Of a stretch of 64,000 bases of DNA, positions 1 to 9,962 are shown piece by piece. Source of the stretch: Acidobacteriota bacterium (GTDB lineage: Bacteria > Acidobacteriota > UBA6911 > RPQK01 > JAJDTT01); assembly GCA_965263035.1 (NCBI GenBank), contig OZ253580.1:1376001-1440000 (forward strand), read 5' to 3'. A program made the position numbers and the translations under genes. Positions within the stretch are counted from its first letter, which is position 1, and the number at the start of each line of letters is the position of its first letter. The notes under the pieces were generated by a model, which saw only the letters and a program-made list of their open reading frames with translations, was not told the DNA's origin and ran no database searches.

Positions 1-5
1 GCCGG

Positions 6-172
6 CTAGGAACCTGCGCCGCAGAAATTAATCTACTGCGAAAGCGGTAGAATCGGTCCATATTTCCTCGATTTCTCGGCGAATAGAACAACTATGCACC
101 TCCAAATCCAGAAAATCTGGCCTCGATTCCCCACTTTCTCGCTACGATCATTTCTACAGCGCAGGCTCCTAA
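6..172 (+). mobile_element. MITE family A, copy 1 (167 bp including CTAG/CTAA flanks)
   Basis: Near-identical to 45382-45548 and to the reverse complement of 51298-51463. Ends are GAACCTGCGC...GCGCAGGCTC. The right flank overlaps the atpH TAG stop. No coding capacity. Confidence 0.9.
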
Positions 173-708
173 TCCCGGCTGATCCGCCGCCTGACCTCCT
201 CCAACTGCGTCCGGATGGAGCCATCGTAGATGACCGATCCTACCTTGATCTTGAGCCCGCCGATGAGGGACTCATCCTGCTCATAGGCGAGGCGAACCCG
301 GGCCCGTGAAATCTCCGAGAGAACTTCTTCGAGGCGATTCCGAACCTCGGCGTCCAGTCCCCTCGCCGAGGTCACCACACCCCGGACGATGCCGGCGCGC
401 AGGTCCATGACCTGCGTGTACGCCTCGACGTATTCGTCGTATTCACCGATTCGACCGTTCTCCAGCAGCACCAGGATGAAGTTGACCGTAATCTCGACCA
501 GGGAGAGCCGGCCCCCCAACTCTTCCACGATCCGGCGCTTGGGAGCGAAGGGTATGGCCGGGTTCATCAGCGTCTCCACCAACTCGGGGGACGCCTGCAG
601 GGCGGTCCCGAACGAGTCCAGGTCTTCCTGGACCCGCGTCTCCCGACCCTCCTGCACGGCCACCTGGGACAGGGCCCGAGCGTACCTGCGTGCCCGCGAC
701 GAAGCCAT
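169..708 (-). CDS. atpH: ATP synthase F1 subunit delta
   Basis: ARRYARAL N-terminus and DESLIGGLKIKVGSVIYDGSIR C-terminus; follows two b subunits. Confidence 0.97.
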   Translation of the reverse strand: MASSRARRYARALSQVAVQEGRETRVQEDLDSFGTALQASPELVETLMNPAIPFAPKRRIVEELGGRLSLVEITVNFILVLLENGRIGEYDEYVEAYTQVMDLRAGIVRGVVTSARGLDAEVRNRLEEVLSEISRARVRLAYEQDESLIGGLKIKVGSVIYDGSIRTQLEEVRRRISRD

Positions 709-729
709 TGTCGGTTCCTTCCAACCCTC

Positions 730-1335
730 TCAGTTTCGGCTGTTGAGATGCTCGACGGCCCGGCCAACGACCCGGGCGTCCTCTTCAGGCGTCAGTTCCT
801 GACTCAATTTCTGCCGGGCCAGCCCCACGGCCAGGTCGGCGGCATGGGACCGGAGCTCGTTCCGGGCCACGCGAGTCAGCAACCGGATCTCCGTTTCCGC
901 TCTCCGGGTCAGACGGTCCACGTCCCGTTGGGACCGTTCCAACACTCGCAGGCGCTCCGCTTCGGCTTCTTCGGCCGTGGCCTTCCTCATGCCCGCCAGC
1001 TCCTCGTCCAGTCCCTGCATCTGAACCTGGACTACCGACAACCGCTCCTCCGCCTCCTGCAAGGCCCGGCCCGCCGAGCTGATGCCTTCCTGTATTCCAC
1101 GCTTGCGATCCGCCAGAAACTGCCGCAGGGGAAGACGGAGAAAGTAGGCGATGATGCCCACCAGGACCGCGAGATTGAACCACCTGCCGGCGGTCTCCAC
1201 CCATCCCCAGCCACTGCCTCCCGAGGCGGCGACCAGGATCGGCGCCAGCAGCAGCAGCGCCAACCAGAGGCCCCCGTAGCTCCGCCGCGAACCTGTGCCT
1301 TGAGTTCCCATGGAGGCTTCCGCGTGATCGTTCAC
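730..1335 (-). CDS. atpF: ATP synthase F0 subunit b
   Basis: Transmembrane segment WFNLAVLVGIIAYFLRLPL followed by an Ala/Glu-rich coiled coil; adjacent to atpH. Start uncertain. Confidence 0.9.
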   Translation of the reverse strand: MNDHAEASMGTQGTGSRRSYGGLWLALLLLAPILVAASGGSGWGWVETAGRWFNLAVLVGIIAYFLRLPLRQFLADRKRGIQEGISSAGRALQEAEERLSVVQVQMQGLDEELAGMRKATAEEAEAERLRVLERSQRDVDRLTRRAETEIRLLTRVARNELRSHAADLAVGLARQKLSQELTPEEDARVVGRAVEHLNSRN

Positions 1336-1506
1336 GTTCGCGTGTTCTTCATCGGCCCGTAGCGGCTGATCCAGTGGCGTTCAGGCCACAGCCGGAAGCA
1401 TCCGGCCGTCTCGCCAAATCTGTTCGCCGGACCCGAGCTTGACGTCGGGTTGCTGTTCACCCTCCGGAAAAATCGGGAAAAGAAAACCGGGGAGGACTGG
1501 CAGCCC

Positions 1507-1929
1507 TCAGGCCCGGCCCAGAATCCTGTCGGCCAGGATTCGCGCTGTGTCCTCGGCTTCGCCAGTCAATTGCCTCTTGGCCAAGTCCAAATCCGCTTCG
1601 ATCTCACTCCTCGCATTCGACAGCATGACCTCGGCCTGACGGCGGGATTGTGCGACTCGGTTGTTTCCCTCTTTCAACGCCTCGGTTCGAACCGATTCCG
1701 CCAGCTTGTATCCTGCCTGCCTCTCCTCTGCCAGTTTCTGTTGGTACTGTTCGTAGAGAGTCTGATGTTGATCCAGAATCTCCTGGACTCGACCACTCAC
1801 CTGGGTAGTCCGAGCCCCCCGTTCGGCCAGGACGTGGAAGAGGGGACGAAAGAGTACCCGGTTGAGAATGAAGAGAGTGGTCAAAAACACGACCGCCGCA
1901 ACCGGCAGCGTCCAATCTGGTGTCAGCAA
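1507..1929 (-). CDS. atpF: ATP synthase F0 subunit b'
   Basis: PDWTL...ILNRVLFRPLFHVLAER motif plus coiled coil, 140 aa. Confidence 0.9.
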   Translation of the reverse strand: MLTPDWTLPVAAVVFLTTLFILNRVLFRPLFHVLAERGARTTQVSGRVQEILDQHQTLYEQYQQKLAEERQAGYKLAESVRTEALKEGNNRVAQSRRQAEVMLSNARSEIEADLDLAKRQLTGEAEDTARILADRILGRA

Positions 1930-2040
1930 GGCTCTCCCACTCCCGTTTCTCGACGGGCATCTTCTAACACGATCCTCCGACGCAGGTCAAGAAATCGGGC
2001 CGTTCCGGACCTCCGCGAAAAGATGTCTACCGTGCCGGCA

Positions 2041-3510
2041 TCAATCGCTGCCAAACCAGCGGGAACTGACCACCTTCTGCTCAGTGTAGAAGTTCACTCC
2101 GTCCCGGCCATGGGCATGCAGGTCACCGAAAAAGGAACCTCTCCACCCGGAAAAGGAGAAAAAGGCCAGGGGCACCGGAACTCCCACGTTGATTCCCACC
2201 ATCCCGACCTGAACCCGGTTCTGGTACTCCCGGGCCGCCCACCCGCTCTCGGTGAATATGGCGGTGCCGTTACCGAACCGGTTGGCGTTGACGACCTCGA
2301 TCGCCTGATCCAGGTCCTCTGCCTGAATGACGCAGAGAACGGGTCCGAAGATCTCGTCCTGGTAGATCTGCATCTTCGGTGAGACCCCCTCGAAGATGCT
2401 GGGACCCAGAAAATATCCGGACAGGCCGTCGACTCCGCTGTGACAGCGGCCGTCCAGAGCGAGTTGGGCTCCTTCATCAAGTCCGGTCTCAATGTATTCC
2501 AGCACCCGGTCCCGGTGAGGTCCGGAGATCAACGGTCCCAGCTGACTGCCTCCGTGGGCGGCGGCGCCCAGCCGCATCGACGCCGCACGGGCCTTGACCT
2601 TCTCCAACAGAGGTTCGTGAACCTCACCCACGGTCACCACCGCGCTGATGGCCATGCACCGCTCCCCGGCAGAGCCGAAGGCGGAACCGATGATGGCGTC
2701 GGCCGTCTTGTCCAGATTGCAGTCGGGCATGGCCACCAGGTGATTCTTGGCGCCGGCCAGCGCCTGAACCCGCTTTCCGGCCATGCTGGCCGCCTCATAG
2801 ACATAGCGGGCCACGGGGGCCGAGCCGACGAAGGAAACGGCACGGACGGCAGGATTCTCCAGCAACGCCTCCACCGCTTCCCGGTCCCCCTGGACAACGT
2901 TGAAGACGCCGGGAGGCAGTCCGGCCTCCACGAACAACTCCGCCAGGCGGAGGGCGGCGCCCGGCACCTTTTCGGACGGCTTCAGAACGAAGGTGTTGCC
3001 GCAGGCGATGGCGACGGGATAGAGCCACATGGGAACCATAACGGGAAAGTTGAAGGGGGTGATCCCGGCACACACACCCAGCGGCTGCCGGAAACTGGCG
3101 CAATCCAAACCCCGGGACACGTTCTCCACCGTCGAGCCCTGGATCAGGGTGGACATGCCGCAGGCGAACTCCACCACCTCGATACCCCGCCGAACCGATC
3201 CTCGGGCTTCCTCCACAATCTTACCGTTCTCCCGGGAGATCCAATCGGCCAACTCCTCCAGCTGTTCCTCCAGGAGCTGCTTGTAGCGGAACAGGGTCCG
3301 GCAGCGCTCCACCACCGGAGTGTCGCGCCAGCCGGGGAAGGCTGCGGCGGACGAAGCGATCACCTCGTCGACTTCCGCCCTGGTCGAAAAGGGGACATGG
3401 GCCAGAAGCTCTCCGGTTCCCGGGTTTCGCAACTCTCCGTACCGAGAGGAGTTCGAGGGGGCCCGAACCCCATCTACGAACAAATCAACTCGAGAAACAC
3501 TGTGCTGCAT
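2041..3510 (-). CDS. mmsA: CoA-acylating methylmalonate/malonate-semialdehyde dehydrogenase
   Basis: ITPFNFPVMVPMW, GAKNHLV, AFGSAGERCMA, EIFGPV and FGDLHAHG motifs. Confidence 0.95.
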   Translation of the reverse strand: MQHSVSRVDLFVDGVRAPSNSSRYGELRNPGTGELLAHVPFSTRAEVDEVIASSAAAFPGWRDTPVVERCRTLFRYKQLLEEQLEELADWISRENGKIVEEARGSVRRGIEVVEFACGMSTLIQGSTVENVSRGLDCASFRQPLGVCAGITPFNFPVMVPMWLYPVAIACGNTFVLKPSEKVPGAALRLAELFVEAGLPPGVFNVVQGDREAVEALLENPAVRAVSFVGSAPVARYVYEAASMAGKRVQALAGAKNHLVAMPDCNLDKTADAIIGSAFGSAGERCMAISAVVTVGEVHEPLLEKVKARAASMRLGAAAHGGSQLGPLISGPHRDRVLEYIETGLDEGAQLALDGRCHSGVDGLSGYFLGPSIFEGVSPKMQIYQDEIFGPVLCVIQAEDLDQAIEVVNANRFGNGTAIFTESGWAAREYQNRVQVGMVGINVGVPVPLAFFSFSGWRGSFFGDLHAHGRDGVNFYTEQKVVSSRWFGSD

Positions 3511-3598
3511 CTTTCACACCTGATTTCAGTGGAGTTCTGGAAGCGGTCCGAATGAAACTTGAAAACGAGTGCCGGATCTCCGAGAATGAATCCTACTC

Positions 3599-4549
3599 AT
3601 GGGCACCGTCAGAGAAATATCGGAAGAGATGGGGATCTTCTCCAAATACTTGAAAGAACGGGGCCTACGCATGACCCACCAACGCCAGAAGGTGGTGCGG
3701 AGCTTCCTCCAGACCAGCGGCCACGTGAGCATAGATGAGCTTCATGACCTGGTCAAGCAGAGCGATCGGCGGATCGGGGCGGCGACGGTCTTCCGCACGC
3801 TCAAGGCCCTGACCGACTGCGGCTTGGCCCGTGAGGTGGACCTGCACGACGGGCGGACCCGCTTCGAGCCGCAGTACAAGAGGCCTCATCACCACCACAT
3901 GGTGTGCGCCAAATGCCACAGCACCATCGAGTTCCTGAGTCCCGAACTGGAGCAGGTCCAATCCCGCATCGTGTCCAACTATGGCTTCAATCCGGTCCAG
4001 CACCAGGTGCAGATCTACGGAATCTGTGAAGAGTGCCAGAACCGGATCGAGACCCACCCGGAACCGGTGAGATCCGATCTGGTCTTTGCCCGAGATGCCT
4101 TGAAGATCGCCATAGCGACGGAAAAACGGGGCGTCAACTTCTACGGCACCGCCTCTGAGTTGGTGACCCATGCCTCAACCAAGTCCACCTTTCTCAGAAT
4201 GCTGGAGGACGAGGAAGGTCATCTGAAGCAGCTTCAGGCGCAATGGGATCGTCTGGTTGCCGATGATGAGGCGGTGCTGAACGCGCCGGTCTTCCTGGAT
4301 TTCGACCTCGACTCCCTGAAACAGATCTTCCCCGGCAAGGACCAGATCAAGGCCCGACTCAAGGAAAACCTGACCGCAGCCGAGGCCTTGAAGATGGCCA
4401 TGAAGATGGAGAAGGACGCGTACGACTTCTTCCACGACTATGCCGACAAGTTCGAGGACACCCAGGGCAAGGAGATTTTTCTGAAGTTCGCCGAAGAAGA
4501 GTGGGAGCACTTCACCGAGATCCGCAAGGAATACGAAGCCCTGACCTAA
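3599..4549 (+). CDS. Fur-family regulator fused to a rubrerythrin/ferritin-like domain
   Basis: N-terminal Fur features (LRMTHQR, ATVFRTL, HHHHMVCAKC, YGICEEC). C-terminal duplicated E...ExxH di-iron helices (TEKRGVNFY/DEEGH; MEKDAYDFF/EEWEH). Confidence 0.88.
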   Translation: MGTVREISEEMGIFSKYLKERGLRMTHQRQKVVRSFLQTSGHVSIDELHDLVKQSDRRIGAATVFRTLKALTDCGLAREVDLHDGRTRFEPQYKRPHHHHMVCAKCHSTIEFLSPELEQVQSRIVSNYGFNPVQHQVQIYGICEECQNRIETHPEPVRSDLVFARDALKIAIATEKRGVNFYGTASELVTHASTKSTFLRMLEDEEGHLKQLQAQWDRLVADDEAVLNAPVFLDFDLDSLKQIFPGKDQIKARLKENLTAAEALKMAMKMEKDAYDFFHDYADKFEDTQGKEIFLKFAEEEWEHFTEIRKEYEALT

Positions 4550-4611
4550 CAGCCCCTGGCCACCGGAAATCACCCCGCGTTCGAAAAACGATCAGAGCAG
4601 GAGGGAAGTCG

Positions 4612-5193
4612 ATGCAGTGTCGACTGAAGGGTGCGCTTCTGCAGTTGATCGAGGGCGATATCACCCTCCAGCAGGTGGACGCCATCGTCAACGCCGCCAA
4701 CCGGCGGCTGGCGGGTGGAGGAGGGGTGGACGGAGCCATTCACCGGCGCGGCGGAACCGCCATCATGGAGGAGACCCGGCGCCGCTATCCCGAGGGCTGC
4801 CCCACGGGTCAAGCCGTCATCACCGCGGCCGGAGAACTTCCGAGCCGTTTCGTCATACATGCGGTGGGACCGGTCTGGAGAGGCGGAAACTACGGCGAGC
4901 CCGCCCTGCTGGCCTCCGCCTACCGGCACTGCCTTGCGCTGGCGGTGGCCCATGAGTGCCGGAGCATCGCCTTCCCCTCCCTATCGACCGGAGCGTATCG
5001 CTATCCGGTGATCAAGGCCGCCCGGACCGCCATTTCCACCGTTATCGAGTTTCTGGATAAACGCAGAGCTCCGGAACTGGCCCGCTTCGTCCTCTTCGAC
5101 AAGGCCACCTATGAGGCATACGCCGGCGCCCTGAGCGAAAACTCTCCCGTCAGCGGATCTGGAAGGAGTAGAGGTCCGCGTTCTTCAGGATGA
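4612..5193 (+). CDS. ymdB: Macro domain protein (O-acetyl-ADP-ribose deacetylase)
   Basis: GDIT..VDAIVNAAN..L.GGGGVDGAIH, VIHAVGPVW, SIAFPSLSTGAY; RBS GGAGG upstream of ATG 4612. Confidence 0.93.
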   Translation: MQCRLKGALLQLIEGDITLQQVDAIVNAANRRLAGGGGVDGAIHRRGGTAIMEETRRRYPEGCPTGQAVITAAGELPSRFVIHAVGPVWRGGNYGEPALLASAYRHCLALAVAHECRSIAFPSLSTGAYRYPVIKAARTAISTVIEFLDKRRAPELARFVLFDKATYEAYAGALSENSPVSGSGRSRGPRSSG

Positions 5194-6652
5194 AACGGAG
5201 CCGCACCGGCTGGTCGAGCTCCTTCAGGCTGCGCCCGCTCTTCCACTGGACCTTCTGGCCCATTCCATTCCCTTCGATGGGCCCGCACGCTTCCCGCTCA
5301 AAGCCGGCGATCGGCTTGCCGAACTGAGTCAGCGCCTCCGCCCGGAGGGATCCTCCGGCGGCATCGACGTTCACCCGAAGCTCGCCTCCCTGGAAGCGGA
5401 GGGGCCAGGTCGTAAGGAGGCCTTCTTCCTCGCCGGCGCGGACCGAGACGAAACCGTCCGGCCGCAGCCGGGCCAGACCCAGGGCGTCCCCTTCCAGCGT
5501 GCGGCCCTTGTATTCGGTGCCGACCAGTTCGTTGAGGGTCCGATGGGGAACGCTGGAGCCCCGGTAGTAGATCCGGATCTCGTCCTCCTGCACGACGGCG
5601 CATTCGGGATAGACCCGCTTGTCGTCCCAGGTCCCGGGGGTCCCCTTCAGGAAGATGTGCCGGTCGCCGACACGCGTCCAGTTCTTTCCGTTCCGGCTGA
5701 AGGCGAGCTGGGCGTCCAGCGTGAAATTGAACCCGTCCAGGAATTCGGGGTCGCCCGTGTATTCGTGATAGACGATCAACATGCCCACGTACCCGCTCTC
5801 GTAGGGAAAGACGGGCATGTAGTAGAACTCGGTGCCGGCGCCGTCCCGCTCGTCTGGCGCCACGACCTCCTTGAGATCCGTCCAAAGGGTGAAATTGAAA
5901 CTCTCCGCCAGACCGATCCGCCGCGTGGGATAGGCCTCCGGTGTCCGGATCTTGGACCAACGCAGGACATGGCCGCCGTTGGGACGATGGTAGTAGACGT
6001 AGCGCTCGCGGCGCTGGTCCCAGAACGGGGTCGAAAGCCCGTCGCCGGTAGGCACGATCACCGGATACGGGTGCGACGTCCAACGCTGCCCGTCGGAAGA
6101 CCAGCCCACACCGATGCCATAGGTGTCGTATTTCATGTAGGCCATCTTGTACGGGCGTTCCGGGTCGTGTTCGTCATAGAAGACCCTGATCTCGGTGATG
6201 TTCTCGGGTATGACGAGCAGGTTGTTCTGGCGGCTTCCCTGGAATTCCCGGAGCCCGAGGTCGGGACGCCGGAACCGAATCCCGTCCCCGGAGGTCGCGA
6301 AGCAGAGATAGTTGGTGGATTCGGGGCGCACGTTGTACCAGAGCTTGTAAAGCCGTTCTTTCCGGTCGTAGATCACGTTGGAGTAAAGGATCCGGTTGCC
6401 CTCCCAAGGCCTTTCCGCCTTGAAGATGGGATTTTCCGGCGCCTTGCGGGCGACGTGGACCCAACGGGCCACGTTCTCGATCCGGTCGATGAGCCAGTCG
6501 TCCAGGAAGAGCTGGCGCTCGGGCCCGACCTCCCGGACCGGAGCTTGCCGCTTGATGTGGTCGAAATCCTGCGCCAGGACCGTTGTGCCCAGCGCCAGAC
6601 TCAGTACTCCGAGAACGATCACCCGCCTCTGGTTTCCGGCCCGCGTCATCAT
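5150..6652 (-). CDS. Secreted five-bladed beta-propeller glycoside hydrolase-like protein
   Basis: Signal peptide, RQLFLDD, Asp-box-like repeats (ATSGDGI, WSSDGQRW, FSRNGKNW), LARLRPDGFVS; RBS GGAGG before ATG 6652. Confidence 0.75.
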   Translation of the reverse strand: MMTRAGNQRRVIVLGVLSLALGTTVLAQDFDHIKRQAPVREVGPERQLFLDDWLIDRIENVARWVHVARKAPENPIFKAERPWEGNRILYSNVIYDRKERLYKLWYNVRPESTNYLCFATSGDGIRFRRPDLGLREFQGSRQNNLLVIPENITEIRVFYDEHDPERPYKMAYMKYDTYGIGVGWSSDGQRWTSHPYPVIVPTGDGLSTPFWDQRRERYVYYHRPNGGHVLRWSKIRTPEAYPTRRIGLAESFNFTLWTDLKEVVAPDERDGAGTEFYYMPVFPYESGYVGMLIVYHEYTGDPEFLDGFNFTLDAQLAFSRNGKNWTRVGDRHIFLKGTPGTWDDKRVYPECAVVQEDEIRIYYRGSSVPHRTLNELVGTEYKGRTLEGDALGLARLRPDGFVSVRAGEEEGLLTTWPLRFQGGELRVNVDAAGGSLRAEALTQFGKPIAGFEREACGPIEGNGMGQKVQWKSGRSLKELDQPVRLRFILKNADLYSFQIR

Positions 6653-6784
6653 GTTGGTTCCTCCAGGTACTTCATCCGATTCCGATGCGGTGCGGTCGTC
6701 GAAGTATAGCAGCCCGTTGCGGAGCTTCGGCGTCGTGTGGAGGCGGCTTCCGCCACCGGCGGCCAAGGCTGCTAAGCTAGGGCG

Positions 6785-8611
6785 ATGCATGCGGAACCAC
6801 CGCCTCTGGTTGCGCGGGAAGAACCGAACGGAGACGCCAACCGCACCACCGGCGCCGAAGGGGTGCATTGGGACTTGGACGCCCTCTATCCCGACCCGGA
6901 GGCCCTGGAAAGGGATCTGGAACGGACACAGGATCGGGCCGGCGGTTTCGAGCGGCGTTACCGCGGTCGGGTGAGCCGTCTCGACAGCCGTGAGTTGGCG
7001 CAGGCCGTCCGCGAGTTCGAAGCTCTACAGGTCGGCCTGGGACGGGCCGCCTCCTATGCCTACCTGCGCTGGTGCACCGATACCCAGGATCCTCCCCGCG
7101 GCGCCCTCCTGCAGAAAACACGAGAGGCCTCCGCTCAACTGGTTCGCAAGATCCTCTTCTTCGAGCTGGAGTGGCTGCAGTTGGACCAGGCGCGGGCGGC
7201 CGAAATGCTGTCCAGCCCGGAGTTGCAGCCCTTTCGCCATTACCTGGAGGTGGAGCGGCTTCGGGCTCCCCACGTGCTGAGCGAGCCGGAAGAGAAGATC
7301 CTGGCCGAAAAACGGGTCACGGGCCGGGCGGCGTGGAACCGTCTCTTCGATCAGATGCATGGGGCCACCCGCTACGCCTACCGGGACGGAAAGCTGACCC
7401 GCGAGGAATTGCTTTCCCGTCTGTACCACCCGGATCGGGAGGTGAGACGGGAATCGGCGCTGGCCTTCAGCCGGGGCCTGGAAGAGCGGGTCAGCGAGAT
7501 GGCTTTCATCTCCAATACCATGCTGGCCGACAAGGCCTGCGACGACCGCCTCAGGGACTATCCCCACTGGTTGGCCAGCCGGAATCTGGACAACGAGATC
7601 AGCGACGATGCCGTACAGGTCCTGGTGCAGGCGGTGACCGGACGCTACGACCTGGTGGCCCGCCACTACCGGCTCAAGCAGCGCCTGCTGAAACTGGACG
7701 TCTCGTGGGACTATGACCGCTACGCCCCCGTCGGCCTGGCCCCCGCTCGATACTCGTGGGGCACCGCCCGGAGAACCGTGCTGGAGGCGTACGGCGCCTT
7801 CCACCCCACCATGGAATCCATCGCCGCCCGTTTCTTCGACGGACGCTGGATCGACGCTCCACCCAGCCCGGGAAAATCGGGGGGCGCCTTCAGTCATCAG
7901 ACCGTCCCCCCGGCGCATCCCTACATCATGATGAACTACACGGGGAACATTCGGGACTTGCAGACCCTGGCCCACGAATTGGGCCACGGCGTCCACCAGT
8001 ATCTCTCCCGATCCCAGGGCTACCTCCAATCCCGGCCTCCCTTGACCACTTCCGAGACCGCCTCCGTCTTCGGGGAGATGCTGGTCTTCGACCACCTGCT
8101 CGGCAACGAGCCGGAGCCCGGGGTCCGGCTGTCCATCCTGGTGAGCAACATCGATGACACCATGGCCACCGTCTTCCGGCAGATCGCCCTGCATTGCTTC
8201 GAGGAGCGGACGCATAACGCGCGGCGGGACGAAGGAGAGCTGTCGGTCGAGCGATTCAACGAGCTCTGGATGGAAACTCAAGGGGAGATGTTCCAGGGAA
8301 GCGTTCACCTGGGAGAGCACTACGGCACTTGGTGGAGCTACATTCCCCACTTCATCCACACTCCTGGCTACGTCTACGCCTACGCCTACGGCAAGCTGTT
8401 GGTTCTGGCCCTGTATGGACGCTACAAGCAGGACGCGGACGGATTCGCCGAGGAGTATCTTCGACTGCTGGAGGCCGGAGGCTCGGACTGGCCCCATGTC
8501 CTGTTCCGACGCATGGGCGTGGACCTCACCGACCCCAATTTCTGGAGCACGGGCCTGGCCATGACCGAGGAGATGATCCGGCAGGCGGAAGAACTGAGTG
8601 AGGCGACCTGA
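6785..8611 (+). CDS. pepF: M3 family oligoendopeptidase F
   Basis: WDLDALY, GKSGGAF, TLAHELGHGVH, ETASVFGE and IPHF..PGYVYAYAYG motifs. Confidence 0.93.
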   Translation: MHAEPPPLVAREEPNGDANRTTGAEGVHWDLDALYPDPEALERDLERTQDRAGGFERRYRGRVSRLDSRELAQAVREFEALQVGLGRAASYAYLRWCTDTQDPPRGALLQKTREASAQLVRKILFFELEWLQLDQARAAEMLSSPELQPFRHYLEVERLRAPHVLSEPEEKILAEKRVTGRAAWNRLFDQMHGATRYAYRDGKLTREELLSRLYHPDREVRRESALAFSRGLEERVSEMAFISNTMLADKACDDRLRDYPHWLASRNLDNEISDDAVQVLVQAVTGRYDLVARHYRLKQRLLKLDVSWDYDRYAPVGLAPARYSWGTARRTVLEAYGAFHPTMESIAARFFDGRWIDAPPSPGKSGGAFSHQTVPPAHPYIMMNYTGNIRDLQTLAHELGHGVHQYLSRSQGYLQSRPPLTTSETASVFGEMLVFDHLLGNEPEPGVRLSILVSNIDDTMATVFRQIALHCFEERTHNARRDEGELSVERFNELWMETQGEMFQGSVHLGEHYGTWWSYIPHFIHTPGYVYAYAYGKLLVLALYGRYKQDADGFAEEYLRLLEAGGSDWPHVLFRRMGVDLTDPNFWSTGLAMTEEMIRQAEELSEAT

Positions 8612-8612
8612 A

Positions 8613-9875
8613 ATGTCCGCCACTCCTTCCCGCCGGCGCAATGGATTGCCGTTCCTCCCAGGCATCAGTCTCCTTTTCATGCTGGCGCTCTGTCTCACCG
8701 GGGTTCGGGCCGGGGACTGGCCCCAGTTCCTGGGACCTACGCGAGACGGCGTCTATGCCGGGGAGGATCTGGCTCGCAAGTGGCCCACCTCGGGACCACC
8801 CGTGCTCTGGAAACGGGCCGTTGGGCAAGGGTTCGCCAACCCCATCGTGGCGGGGGACACCCTGATCCTGTTTCACAGGGTCGACGACCGGGACGTGGTG
8901 GACGCCCTGGGAGCGGACGACGGCCGGGAGCTGTGGACCTTCTCCTATCCCACCGACTACCGGGATGACTTCGGCTTCGACGAGGGACCCCGTGCCAGTC
9001 CGGCGGCGGCCGGGGACCGGGTCTACACCTTCGGCGCTCAGGGAATCCTCCAATGCCTGGGCCTGGGTTCGGGCAGCCGGATCTGGCAGGTGGACACCCG
9101 GTCCCAATTCCGACCGCGCAAGGGCTTCTTCGGCGCGGCCTGCTCCCCGCTGGTCCGGGACGGCGCCGTCTACGTCCATGTGGGAGCCAAGGGCGCGGGC
9201 GTCGTGGCGTTCGACGCCGACACGGGACGCACCCTCTGGAAGGCCACCGACGACGAGGCGGGCTACTCTTCGCCCGTTCACGCCTCCATCGGGGGCAAGC
9301 CGCGGATCGTCTCCTTCACCCGAAACGGTGTCGTCTCCATCGACCCAACGACGGGACGAGTCGGTTTCCGAGTACGCTGGCGGTCACGAAACCGCGCTTC
9401 GGTCAACGCGGCAACTCCCCTCATCGTAGGTGACCAGATCTTCGTGTCCGCCAGCTACAGCACCGGCGCGCTGCTGCTGGATGTCTCCGGAGACTCGCCC
9501 GAAGAGATCTGGACTTCGAACGACGCCCTCAGCAACCACTACGCCACCAGCGTCTACCGGGACGGCTATCTCTACGGCTTTCACGGCCGCCAGGAATACG
9601 GTCCCAGCCTGCGTTGCGTCGAGTGGCGGACCGGAAGGGTCGAGTGGAATCAGGACGGGCTGCGCGCCGGGACCGTCACCCTGGCCGGGGACCGGATTCT
9701 GATCCTGACCGAGCCGGGAGAGTTGATCCTGGCCGCGGCCGATCCCGAGGGGTTTCAGGTGATCTCGCGCGCCCAGGTTCTGGAGGGCACGGTGCGGGCC
9801 TATCCGGCTCTGGCCCGGGGCCGCCTCTATGCCCGGAACGGGACGGCTCTGGTCTGCATCGACTTGAGAAAATGA
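8613..9875 (+). CDS. Secreted PQQ-like beta-propeller repeat protein
   Basis: Signal peptide followed by DWPQFLGPTRDG; repeated W/G PQQ-type motifs. Confidence 0.88.
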   Translation: MSATPSRRRNGLPFLPGISLLFMLALCLTGVRAGDWPQFLGPTRDGVYAGEDLARKWPTSGPPVLWKRAVGQGFANPIVAGDTLILFHRVDDRDVVDALGADDGRELWTFSYPTDYRDDFGFDEGPRASPAAAGDRVYTFGAQGILQCLGLGSGSRIWQVDTRSQFRPRKGFFGAACSPLVRDGAVYVHVGAKGAGVVAFDADTGRTLWKATDDEAGYSSPVHASIGGKPRIVSFTRNGVVSIDPTTGRVGFRVRWRSRNRASVNAATPLIVGDQIFVSASYSTGALLLDVSGDSPEEIWTSNDALSNHYATSVYRDGYLYGFHGRQEYGPSLRCVEWRTGRVEWNQDGLRAGTVTLAGDRILILTEPGELILAAADPEGFQVISRAQVLEGTVRAYPALARGRLYARNGTALVCIDLRK

Positions 9876-9962
9876 AACGAACCACCGTCGGCGGCTGGTA
9901 TGCGGGCGGCGGAAAGAGTAGCCTGAGGACAACCGCTTTTGATTCAAACGGAGGATAAAACC

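Noticed and set aside
33-309. Short ORFs spanning MITE-A (also 45066-45467 and 51378-51587)
   Set aside because: They derive from the repeat sequence, differ in extent between copies and have no protein family features.
5150-5193. Convergent 3' overlaps (also 11252-11288)
   Set aside because: Short tail overlaps are common in GC-rich genomes and show no functional signal.
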